Part shown: positions 13,001 to 24,419 of the stretch, in pieces
Layout of the letters: every line of letters begins with the position of its first letter
How positions within the stretch are numbered: position 1 is the stretch's first letter
DNA from: Octopus sinensis
Taxonomy: Eukaryota
Direction: 5' to 3'
Assembly: GCF_006345805.1 (NCBI RefSeq)
Contig: NC_043002.1
Coordinates: 117,552,001-117,616,000, forward strand
DNA: 64,000 nucleotides
The notes under the pieces: model-generated
What the model saw: the letters and a program-made list of their open reading frames with translations, nothing else
Told to the model about the DNA's origin: nothing
Databases searched by the model: none
Made by a program: the position numbers and the translations under genes

Positions 13001-14066
13001 CTTTTTTTTGTTTCAGTGACTAGTTCAGTGACGGCTAGGTTTATGTTGTTTATAATTGGTGTTGTTATTGCGTTTATTTTTATTCTTGGGAGGTATGGTC
13101 GGTGGTCCATTTTGGGCTCTGTAGTTTTCAGTTCTTTGATTATTTTATTTTTTATATTATCATAATCATTAGGCTCCCCTTCGTTGTTTACATCGTATTT
13201 GTTGGGAATGTTGCGTTTGTCTTCGTGTTTTACAGTTTCAGTGTTTATATTATTGGGCATTGTTGAGTGGCTTCTATCTACATTTTCCTGGTGTATTTTT
13301 TCTTTTAAATGTTCTATTTCTATTTCTGATATTTTTTTTTGGCTTTGAGAATGTATCTTCGTACGTTAGCTAATTTATTAGGGTTCATTGCTGTATCCAA
13401 GTCTATATCTCTATTATTTCCCTTCCATATTTTATATGTATGTGTTGTTGTATTTTCATTTTGTGGGTAGAGCATTGCTGTGAAGTATGCGTGTAAGATA
13501 GAAATGTATTCCTCACGTGTCCATTTACGTCTTTTGGGCTTTAATTGCGGGACATGAGGTACAACGTCCGGCCCATTATTTTGACGGTCGTCATTTTCGT
13601 AGGGTACCGGTCCGTTTATTTCTGTTGTCACATTATTTCGCACGTGTAGTTTTTCGTACATTTTTTGTTGTAGGTTTAATGTACGTACCGCTCGATTGTT
13701 ATTCTTGGGTGAATAGTATCGGTGGCATTTAATTTCTTCGTAGTTCCTTTGTACATGGTGTTTGAGGTCGGGGATGATCGTGTTGTTCCACGCATGTTTA
13801 CATGTGTTGTGTTAGAGGTGGAGATAATATCGAGTCAAAATACATCATTTCGTTTCGAAAATAGTAATAAATTTCAATTAGTATTACTTACTCGGATACA
13901 GTCCAATTCTTTGTTAGTAAATCTTTGGCTCCATAGGGTGTCCTTGTTTTCGATGTTTGTGGATAGATTTCGGAGCTCTGTATTTTCCTTCTTACATCTT
14001 AAACGTCCCCGGTGTCTCTTCCTTAAAGGTCCCCGGTGTTTCTTCCTTAAACGTCCCCGGTGTCTC
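10078..14066 (-). mobile_element. R4/Dong-like family A, copy A2, near full length
   Basis: 601-aa RT ORF 10972-12777 (NYRPITCLP, QGDTLSP, YMDDLKLY), upstream pieces 12856-13661, CCHC/RLE pieces 10238-10858; 5' end has three 24-bp repeats followed by (ATT)n. Confidence 0.93.
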
Positions 14067-14070
14067 ATTA

Positions 14071-14130
<60 letters not shown>

Positions 14131-14151
14131 TATTAGTATTATTATTATTAC

Positions 14152-14216
<65 letters not shown>

Positions 14217-14217
<1 letters not shown>

Positions 14218-16852
14218 TTTTTTTTTCTTCTTTCAAATTTTCTTCCATTTCTTGCCGAGTGTCTTCCCGACTCCTAGGGCAAAGAAACTCATAGTGTATA
14301 TTGGTAGGCCATTAAACCAAACTCAGTAGTTCGTTCATTTTTTTTTTTTTTTTTTTAAAGTTAAATTAAAATACATGAGCAGCAACAGTTCTCATATCGA
14401 CAATGCTCTTCTCAATACGTGTGATGTACCAGTTAAGAAAATCTTTTGCACTTCTTGCAGGGATGGTAAGCCAAGGATCATTCTCATATAATTTTCGGTT
14501 CCCTTCTTGATCATTCCTAGTGCTCCTACGATCACTGGTATTGTAACCGCCTTGAGATGCCACATTTTCTCAATTTCAATGAGTAGGTCTTTATATTTTC
14601 TGAGCTTGTCAAACTCTTTCGCTGAGATATTATGATGACAGGGGATGCTCATGTCGATCAATAAGCAAACTTTATTGTTTTGGTCTTTCACAACAATATC
14701 TGGTTTATTGGTCTTGATGGTTCGGTCTGTATGTACTGGAAAGTCCCACAGAATGGTTACATTTTCTCCTTCAGTTACACCCTCAGGGTGGTGATTATAC
14801 CACTTGTCGGCAGTTTTGATATTGTAATGCCGACTTATTAGCCAGTGGAGATATTGGCCAACTCTGTCATGTCTTAATTTATACTCCACTGGTGCTAAGA
14901 CTTTACATCCAGAGATTAGGTGGTCCACTGTTTCAATCATGTCGTTGCAGAATCGGCATTTTGGGTCTGCTCCATTTTTCATCACATTGGCCTGGTAGTT
15001 CCGGGTTAATAGTCTTTGATCTTGAGCAGCCAGGATGAAACCTTCGCTCTCTGCTTTTAGCCCTGAGCTCCGTAGCCACTGATGGGTTTGCTTCTGGTCA
15101 ACATCAGCTTGTTTGCTACGGGCCGCATATTTGCCGTGCAGAGGTTTCTCCTCCCACCTATCAGCCAATTGCTCGACTGCTTTTTTCCTTGCCATTATTT
15201 TTACCTTCTTTGCAATAATAGTTGCCGTACTTCCCTCGGGTTGTTCAGTTTGGGTATCCTGCACGAGATCAATAGCAAATTTTTTGCTTTCCTTGATGAT
15301 AGAATGAAGCTTCTTTCGTCTCTCGTGATTTTCCACGAGCTTTAGCATCCAGTCATTCGATATTTCGAGATATTTGGCCAGTCCAATTGTGGTTGTTTTG
15401 TAAGCTAGTTCAAATTGGATCAGGCCTCGACCTCCTTGGGCTCTGGGAAGGTAAAGGCGATCTACGTCTGCCTTTGGGTGGTGCATAGCAGCTTGCGTAT
15501 TTTTCTATCTATATTCTTTACTTCACTCATATTCCAGTTCAACACATTGTAGCTATAAGTAACAACTGGAACTGCTATGGAATTTATAGCTAACACCTTG
15601 TTACGTGCATTTAGTTCAGATTTCAGGACTGCACGAACTCTCCTATAACATTCCTTCCTGATCTTCTCTTTGATGCTTGCATGCTGAATACCAGAGCCTT
15701 CATTTATCCCTAAATATTTGTATGTTTGTTCTTGCTCAAGCTCTCTTATGACTGTGTCAACATCTAACACGACTGAATTTGTGGTCTTCACTTTCCCTTT
15801 CTGGAAAGTGGCCTTGGCACACTTCTCAAGTCCAAACTCTATCCCGATGTCATCGCTGAATGCTTTCACAGTGCGCAATAGGCCTTCAAGTTCATTATTG
15901 TCTTTACCATAGAGTTTTAAGTCATCCATATAAAATAGATGGCTTATTTTTTTATTGGCAATTTTATACCCATACCCTGTTCTGTTTAATTCACTTGTAA
16001 GGGTATTAGGGCTATGCAGAATATTAAAGGTGAAAGTGAGTCACCTTAAAAAATTCCACAGTTGATGTTTATATTTTCTGAGGCAAGTACTCCATTAGAG
16101 AGGTATAATTGGAGATTCGTATTCCACAACGACATATTGTGCTTCAGGAAGTTTGAAATCACAGGGGAAATTTTGAAGATGTCCAACGATCTCAAGATCC
16201 ATGGATGCGGTATACTGTCGAAGGCCTTTTTATAGTCGATCCATGCGGTGCTGAGATTTCTGCGCTTGTTGTGACAGTTCTCAAGGATCATACGATTGAT
16301 TAGCAGTTGATCTTTGGATCCGTAAGAGCCTCGGCGGCACCCTTTTTGTTCGATGGGGAAAATATCGTTCTTCTCCATGAATGCATATGTTTTCTCCGCC
16401 AGGATAGATGTTAGGATTTTATACGTGGTGGATAGACAGGTTATAGGCCGATAGTTTTGGAAGGTTGGTTTCGTTATTCTTGGGAGTAGGTAAGTAATGC
16501 CACTTGCTAACCATTCAGGTGTTTTCTTTGGGTCTCTCATAATTCCATTGAGCAGCTGAGCGATGCGAGCCAGAAATTCGGCACCCTATCTTTACCGGGG
16601 GATTACCGTGTGCGCATGGGAGCGATGCGAGCCAGAAATTCGGCACCCTATCTTTACCGGGGGATTTCCAATTATTGGCCTTCGTGAGTGCCTTTCTTAG
16701 GTCTGCTATTGCGATGTCTTCCCATACTTGTTGTTGTAAATTTTGGTAGGATCCTTCAGTTTGTATAATCCAGTCTGCATTTATGTTGTACGTCTTCTTG
16801 TCACTCCAAATCCTTTTCCAAAAGTTTTGAACTTCTTCCATGGGAGGGGTGT
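14217..16852 (-). mobile_element. R4/Dong-like family B, copy B2, 5'-truncated
   Basis: Near-identical to B1 5801-8415; ORFs 14392-15486, 15462-15929, 16046-16540; small deletion near 15485 and a local duplication near 16556-16665. Confidence 0.92.
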
Positions 16853-16910
16853 CTTTATTATTATTATATAAGGTAGCCTTTTCCAAGAGGGATGCCTATT
16901 ATTATTATTA

Positions 16911-16955
<45 letters not shown>

Positions 16956-17022
16956 TATTATTACTATTATTACTATTATTATTATTACTATTACTGTTAT
17001 TATTATTATTATTATTATTATT

Positions 17023-18372
17023 CAGTAGTTTTATTTTTATAGCGTGCTTTCACTTCACTACCGAGCGCAGCTCTGTGTGCCTTGGGTATGTGCTGTGATT
17101 TGTTGTGATGTTCTGATGGTTATTGTATGGAAAGTGTTCTGCGTAGGATGTGTGCAGTGCCTAGTAGTGCAATTTTCTGTATGTTATATGTGTTTGTAAG
17201 TCCTGGTGTTTTTGTTATGTATTTGTCTGAATATTTTTTTTATCATGCCTAATGTACCTACTATGATAGGAATTGTTTCTGTTTTCAGATTCCACATTCT
17301 AGTTACCTCTATTTCCAGGTTTTTGTATTTTGAGAGTTTCTCCATTTCTTTTAGAGACACGTTGTCATATTGTTGTGTGGCTTCTATCTACATTTTCCTG
17401 GTGTATGTTTTCTTTTAGGTGTTCTATTTCTATTTCTGATATTTTTTTTGTGTTGAGAATGTATCTTCGTACGTTAGCTAATTTATTAGGGTTCATTGCT
17501 GTATCCAAGTCTATATCTCTATTATTTTCCTTCCATATTTTATATGTATGTGTTGTTGTATTTTCATTTTTTGGGTAGAGTACTGCTGTGAAGTATGCGT
17601 GTAAGATAGAAATGTATTCCTCACGTGTCCATTTACGTCTTTTGGGTTTTATTTGTGGGACATGAGGTACAACGTCCGGCCCATTATTTTGACGGTCGTC
17701 ATTTTCGTAGGGTACCGGTCCGTTTATTTCTGTTGTCACATTATTTCGCACGTGTAGTTTTTCGTACATTTTTGTTGTAAGTTTAATGTACGTACCGCTC
17801 GATTGTTATTCTTGGGTTGAATAGTATCGGTGGCATTTAATTTCTTCGTAGTTCCTTTGTACATGGTGTTTGGGGTCGGGGATGATCGTGATGTTCCACG
17901 CATGTTTACATGTGTTGCGTTAGAGGTGGAGATGATATCGAGTCAAAATACATCATTTCGTTTCGAAAATAGTAATAAATTTCAATTAGTATTACTTACT
18001 CGGATACAGTCCAATTCTTTGTTAGTAAAACTTCGGCTCCATAGGATGTCTTTGTTTTCGATGTTTGTGGATAGATTTCGGAGCTCTGAATTTTCTTTCT
18101 TACATCTTAAACGTCCCCCGGTGTTCCCTTCGGTCCCCCGGTGTTCCCTTCGGTCCCCCGGTTTTCCCTTCGGTCCTCCGGTGTTCCCTTCCGTCCCCCG
18201 GTGTTCCCTTCCGTCCCCCGGTGTTCCCTTCGGTCCCCCGGTTTTCCCTTCGGTCCTCCGGTGTTCCCTTCCGTCCTCCGGTGTTCCCTTCCGTCCCCCG
18301 GTGTTCCCTTCCATCCCCCGGTGTTCCCTTCCGTCCCCCGGTTTCCCTTCCGTCCCCCGGTTTCCCTTCCGT
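17023..18372 (-). mobile_element. Family A copy A3, internally deleted non-autonomous derivative
   Basis: 17023-17368 matches A2 10078-10422; 17369-18113 matches A2 from about 13259 to 14004. About 2.8 kb including the whole RT is missing. Confidence 0.9.
18114..18372. repeat. GC-rich 20-bp minisatellite (GTGTTCCCTTCSGTCCCCCG), about 13 copies, at the A3 5' end
   Basis: Period 20 (some 19-bp units) read directly. Confidence 0.92.
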
Positions 18373-18390
18373 CATTATTATTATTATTAC

Positions 18391-18438
<48 letters not shown>

Positions 18439-18439
<1 letters not shown>

Positions 18440-18630
18440 GCAGGATCCTTAGCTCGCCAGGCAAAATTCGTAGCGGCATTTTGTCTGTCTTTACGTTCTG
18501 GATTCAGATTCCGCCGAGGTCGACTTTGGATTTCATCATTCCGGGTTCGATAAATTGAGTGCCAGTCGAACACTCGGATCGATATCATCTACTGACCCCT
18601 ACCTCGGAATTACTGGCCTTGTACCGAGAT
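18439..18630 (+). mobile_element. SINE family S3 (GAGTTCAAATTCCGCCGAGGTCGAC type), degenerate
   Basis: Matches copies at 26250, 34750, 37257, 49088, 52799 and 58140. Confidence 0.7.
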
Positions 18631-18904
18631 TTAAAAATAATTATTCTTGTTGTTGTTGTTGTTTTAATTTTCTCAATATTTGGCCTTTTGTGGATTTCGT
18701 AGTATTCAGTAGGATATATCGATCACAGCGCTCTGTGTGGTATCTTATCAACCACGGCATGACAGATGGCAATGTCGACTGAATCTACTACACACTACTG
18801 ATGAATGCATGCACGTATGCATAGCTGGACATGTATAAGTGTGTTAGAGTGTGAACGTGTGTGTGTGCGCGCGCCTGTATGTATATATGTGTATCGATCT
18901 CTAC

Positions 18905-19308
<404 letters not shown>

Positions 19309-19373
19309 TGCTATTCACCGACACCGGTTGCCAGTCTGTGGTGAGGGAAAACACAAACACAAAGAAATATGCA

Positions 19374-19526
19374 GAGGCGCGGAATGGCTGCCCGGTAAGA
19401 AGTTTCGTTCCCAACCATATGATTCCGGGTTCAGTTCCACTGCGTAGCACTTAAGGCGTATTCAGTTATAACCCTGGGTCACCCTTGTGAGTGGATTTGG
19501 TAGACAGAAACTGAAAGAAGCTCGCC

Positions 19527-19529
<3 letters not shown>
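19374..19529 (+). mobile_element. SINE family S2, 5' part
   Basis: tRNA-like head with GGTTCAGTTCC B box; matches the complete copy at 50021-50433. Confidence 0.75.
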
Positions 19530-19576
<47 letters not shown>

Positions 19577-19739
19577 TATATATATATAGATGAGTGTACT
19601 TTTACCTTGTTAACAATTAACACTGAAAAAAAAATAAATAGTTACCAGGGCAGCAAAAATCTCACAAGTAAAGGTGTTGTAACTCCTTGTTTATAAAGGT
19701 AGAAACTTCGTGTTTACGTTGAATATTTTGAATAATATG

Positions 19740-20815
19740 AATAAAAAAAATGGAGTTAACGCAGGTGTAATCAAATATTTTTACTTTCGACACATGTTTC
19801 GAAAATTCCGCTGATACTATTCAAAAGAACAAATGCTATAAACAATGCAATCTTCTCCTCAGGAAAGTGAAAAAAACCAAACTCGTCAATAAGACATTTT
19901 AGCAAAAAACGATGGATTTGTATAGCGATAGACAGAACGCTATTAATATTGTTTAAAAAAACGTTATATGATATAACGTCATAAGTAGCTAACAGAAAGA
20001 GTAAGGATATTAATAGTGAATGTTAAATATAAAGGAAATTAAAGTTTAAATTATATATATGATAGAGACTACTTATATGCACTAAATGTATGTTTTGCCA
20101 ATGCTTACATCTGTATGCTCGCTCTATAACCGTGTTTACTAGAGTATTTTTAGAAAAAATAATGAAAAATAGCTCAGAATTGCAGAGAAGACAGAATTTC
20201 TTGCCTTTGTCATATGGTATCGAAATTGAGAGAATCAACCATTCTAAATGAAATTGTTCATTGTGGTCTTTTAAATCCCAAATCAGTTTGCTGAGACCGG
20301 TACTATTCCGTTTATTTCTATCCCTAAATGTTGAGTAATGGATAGAAATTCTTTTAGATAACTCTAACGATGTGCTTCCAATGTAAAATCCTACGTTATT
20401 ACGAGTACTGATTATACACTGGTATATAGAATTTTTAACCTTAGAGTTACTTGACGTAAACTTAATTCTATTGGAATTGACTTCATATACAATAACCTTG
20501 TTATTAATATTTTTAGAGGGTTGGATGGTATTAGCTAAATAATAAAGGGATTAAATAAGTGTTATCTGCCTTCATTCGCTTTGTATTGGTGCGTAAGTTA
20601 TGTTTGTTATCAATAATTCTTTTACGACTAGAAATCTTATCTACATTATTGAATTTACAATTAGACTGAGCAGAATCTATGTAGAAAATTTTCTCTGTAT
20701 AACCTTACGATATGGGAGGTAAGAGTCACTGTGTAAATTAAGCGTAATATATAAAATAATAACGCTGAATTCTATAACTCTGCCTCAATCAAAGCAGGTT
20801 ATACAGAGAAAATTT
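19740..20815 (-). mobile_element. Decayed Penelope-like element 3' fragment (PLE3)
   Basis: C-terminal motif PYDKGKKFCLLCNSELFFI…CKH (ORF 20023-20238); homologous to 42089-43790; hammerhead in the 3' tail. Confidence 0.7.
19783..19868 (-). ncRNA. Type I hammerhead ribozyme motif
   Basis: Minus strand: stem I ACTTTC/GAAAGT (6 bp), core CTGAGGA, stem II opens GAA…TTC, GAAAC-atgt-GTC cleavage triplet. Confidence 0.8.
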
Positions 20816-21035
20816 GTATGTATGTATGTAGTATGTATGTGTAGAGGCGCATGCGTGTCTGTGAAATAAAAAAGCTTGCTTCCCACTCACATGGTTCCGG
20901 GTTCACTAGTCATTATAGGTACGTTACTGATAGGTTTACTCGGGCAAATGTCTTCTACTATAGCATCGGGCCGACCAAAGCCTTGTGAGTGGATTTGATA
21001 GACATAAAATGAAAGAATCCCATCATATATATATA

Positions 21036-21089
<54 letters not shown>

Positions 21090-21194
21090 TTAATAACTGA
21101 CATAATTCCCATCACTATTACACAGGGATAGAAACAAATAGATATGAACCTCATAGGTCTAATTTCTCTGCTCTTTCTTAAGTTCTTATTTTTC

Positions 21195-21268
21195 TGCACT
21201 GATGAGTACTTTGATATTTGCAAATTCTGAAAAGGAATTTATATCTATGTATGAAATAATCGTATGCA
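21195..21268 (+). ncRNA. Type I hammerhead motif with CpG-type decay
   Basis: Stem I TGCA/TGCA, CTGATGA, stem II GTAC…GTAT with inner GATAT/ATATC and AAATTC/GAATTT pairs, GAAAT-aatc-GTA. Confidence 0.68.
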
Positions 21269-21420
21269 TGAATAAACTTCTTACAACTTTTAGCTCTTAC
21301 CTCCCTCGTTTTTGATAAATATGATAAAATTTATAGAACTTTATTCTATTAATTAATCATACACTTAATATATATATATATTATATATATATAATTATAT
21401 ATATATATATTATATATAAT

Positions 21421-21669
21421 ATATTGATAGAAATGGTAAGACAACAAAAGAATGAAAGAGACCTCGATATTATGTAAATAGAGAATTTATCTGTAAATAT
21501 AATATGTGACAATTATTCGGTAGCCATGATAAAACTCCGCTCCGACATCCGAAATCGGAGTTTTATCATGGCTACCGAATATTTGTCACATATTATATTT
21601 ACAGATAAATTCCTCTATTTACATAATATCGAGGTCTCTTTCATTCTTTTGTTGTCTTACCATTTCTAT

Positions 21670-21675
<6 letters not shown>
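21421..21675. mobile_element. Fold-back element, ~119-bp inverted arms with 16-nt spacer, in (TA)n
   Basis: Arms 21421-21539 and 21556-21675 are reverse complements. The centre retains GAAA(C)TCGGAGTT, a hammerhead stem III fragment that is complete in the 29337 copy. Confidence 0.85.
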
Positions 21676-21726
<51 letters not shown>

Positions 21727-24107
21727 TATAATCTTTTAAATTCGTTTATGGTGTGTGTGTTTGTGTTCCTCCCCACGCCGTCGCTGACAACTGATGCTGG
21801 TGTGTTTATGCGCCGTAACTTGGCGATTCGGCAAAAAAGACCGATAGAATAAGTACTAAAACCCTTTAAGGCGGTACTCCAGCATGACCACAGTCAAATG
21901 GCTGAAACAAAAAGAAAAAAGAATATTTATTTAGCTGTCTTTCGTATATCCTTCTTCTCTGGTTGATATTCTCTTCTTTGGAATCTTTTTTTGGCGAATA
22001 CAATGTGAGTCGGGTGACAAGGTTTCTAGGAGTAGTCTTCTGGACAGGGCAAGTTTGGGTGTAGTATTAGTACTAATAATAGTAGCAGTAGTTGTTGATT
22101 CGATGCCATTCAAACTGATTGTCCAAAGCATTTTCCTAAGTTTGTCTTGAATGCTCGTGCTTGTTTTCAGACTTGCAGCTAGCCCTTGTTTCGTACGTTC
22201 CGACTAATATAAAGCTTCCCTTCCATAAGTCCCAAGTAGTTCTAGTGGTTGAAAAAAAAACTGGAATGTATGTCATATAAAGTGCATGGACGTCGTGAAA
22301 GTATTTCCTTTGTATCATACGTGATACAAAAGACAAGCAAAGTTTAAGCAATCTCGGTGCCAGGCTTCAGTAAAATGCATTTCTTCCAGCTCAATTTAAC
22401 TGTTCCACGCTCGTCGAGTGGTTTTTGACCGCCCAAGAGTTTTTTTTTTTTTTACTTTGCAGTTGATGTTCATTTAATGCTATCTTTATTACTCTGTGCC
22501 AGTCAAACTATCTGATCCAACAGCTTTATCTTTCAAGGACCACATTATGCAATCTATTTTGCTACTCAGCTCCTCATGTGCCTCTTTGCTGAGCCAGAAG
22601 CGACAGATTTGACGCAGGCACATATTTGTGGAAAGCATTGGTCTTATTCATATTTTCTTTGAGCACATGTCAGCAAACACTGTTTTTATACCGTCCAGTC
22701 TTAATCTTAAAGCCGTGTTGCATTCCAGATCGCCCGAAAGCCTTCCGAATGTCTCAAGAGTTTTGGTAAGCCTTGCTTCGACATTCTTTTCCGCTTCGTT
22801 GATTTTTCTGATAAGGTTCCGAATTAGTATTAGCCAATTTATGTTAGTACTAACGTACGCAATGCATAACCGGGCAGAAAGACCTACTGAGCTGTTTGTT
22901 ACAAGCATATTAGTAAAATATTACGGACCCTGTAAAATGTTTATAACATATTGTACGCGAATAAATTGGAGTATTTAATACAGCGTGTTATGACTTGTAA
23001 AATGAAACAAAAAAAGTTCGATTGAAGTTTAGCTAAATCATTCATATCGATTGAAATATATCGAATATTTTCTTTACAAATTTTAATATCTATGAATGAT
23101 TAAAGTAAATACTATATTAATTCACATTCTCTTTTTAATCACGATTTGTAAATGGAGGAGCTATTTAGGTGCATATCTCGACACCGTTGGTTCTACTCCT
23201 GCCAAGGTGACTGTCTTTTATTCTTCCGACGTAAGAAAAAAGACTTTGACTATACCTCTCCTCCAAAATTTGAATCCTTATGTTTAAATAAGAAATTACT
23301 GTTAATTACTATCGAAAAATATAATCGAATATATCGTTCCTTCTAATTTATTGATACTTTGCTTTATCGATCATGGAATGATAAAAGATAAAAAATCAAC
23401 CTCAGAATAATAAATTATAAAACTGAACTCAGAACAGACCTGATGTTATTAAGTGCGATAAAGAATTTCTTTCGCCCCCCGACTGATTTTGTCAGTCCAT
23501 TGCACACTCCGTTTTTAATAAATAAAACCGACAAAAAGTTACGCTATATTTAAATTATCTTGAACTCGAGCGCTTGTTTCTGCATGAATGGATACTTGTC
23601 AAACCAGCAGACGAAATGAGGGAGGCCTCAATGTGGCCGTGCGATATGATTAAAATAACCAAATTTATGAAAACTAATTTTTTAAATTACGATTTTAAAA
23701 TGAATCCCTCCCTTGGCTATCTGAATAACAATATCCACTGCGTGGGTGCTCGTTGGACCAGCATATGAAATAAGGACGACTTCAATGTAATCTCTCGACG
23801 TATTAGAAATAACACTGGTCCAACCTCCCACACACCCTCACTCCAACCCCAAAATTTCACTTTTTAAAAGTCATCTCCTTCGCTGGCTTTCGGCTTAATG
23901 AGTAGAAATAAGTAACTTATTGGCACAGTTGTTCTTGCTACCGAACCAAACTTTCCCGAAACATTTAGTAAATTTCATCACCTCTTTATTAATGAGAAGG
24001 CAAAATAAGGCTTGCGTCCATATGATTCTGTAACTTCGCCATAGTGTTGAGCAAGTTTTAAAATGTTCCAAATCATCTCTGAAACCAACACGAAAAACAT
24101 TGTTTAA

Positions 24108-24308
24108 CCCTTCAAACCTAATGTGAATCTAATGTGAATTTTTTAAATTAAAAATTCGTTATGTTTCTCAATAGATGCATCTTCACGGATTTTAGTAGAC
24201 TTGCAACTGCTTCCACTTCCCAGCCAAAAATGTTCCCTACAACTTGGTTCATTTCTATAAAAGTGAAATGCGAAAAGTTTGTTTGTCTCATTTTGGGATT
24301 AGAACGGG
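24108..24308. mobile_element. piggyBac-type MITE
   Basis: TTAA|CCC…GGG|TTAA ends with TTAA duplication; imperfect short TIRs. Confidence 0.55.
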
Positions 24309-24419
24309 TTAAGGGGCACTAGATGGGGGTCGGATTGGCTCCAAAATTTACAGAGACATGTAAAAAGAGGCGAAGAAGTGAGTGGACTAAGTTAGAAACC
24401 CCCATCTCAAAAGCTGTAG

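Larger units (their letters stand above)
20838..21930 (+). mobile_element. SINE S2 split at its internal (TA)n tract by two nested insertions
   Basis: S2 5' half at 20838-21025 and 3' half at about 21740-21930 match 50021-50433; inserts at 21080-21345 and 21421-21675. Confidence 0.7.
20838..22992 (+). repeat. 2.15-kb duplicated segment, copy 1
   Basis: Collinear and nearly identical to 28786-30888; differences are mostly 1-bp indels and microsatellite length. Confidence 0.93.

Noticed and set aside
18798-18830. CTGATGA as a hammerhead core
   Set aside because: No downstream GAAA and no stem I or III pairing.
22130-22930. Minus-strand ORFs in the duplicated segment as a gene
   Set aside because: They are short and frame-broken. 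There is only a weak resemblance (VEARLTKTLETFGRL) to an RTE LINE C-terminus, too poor to annotate.
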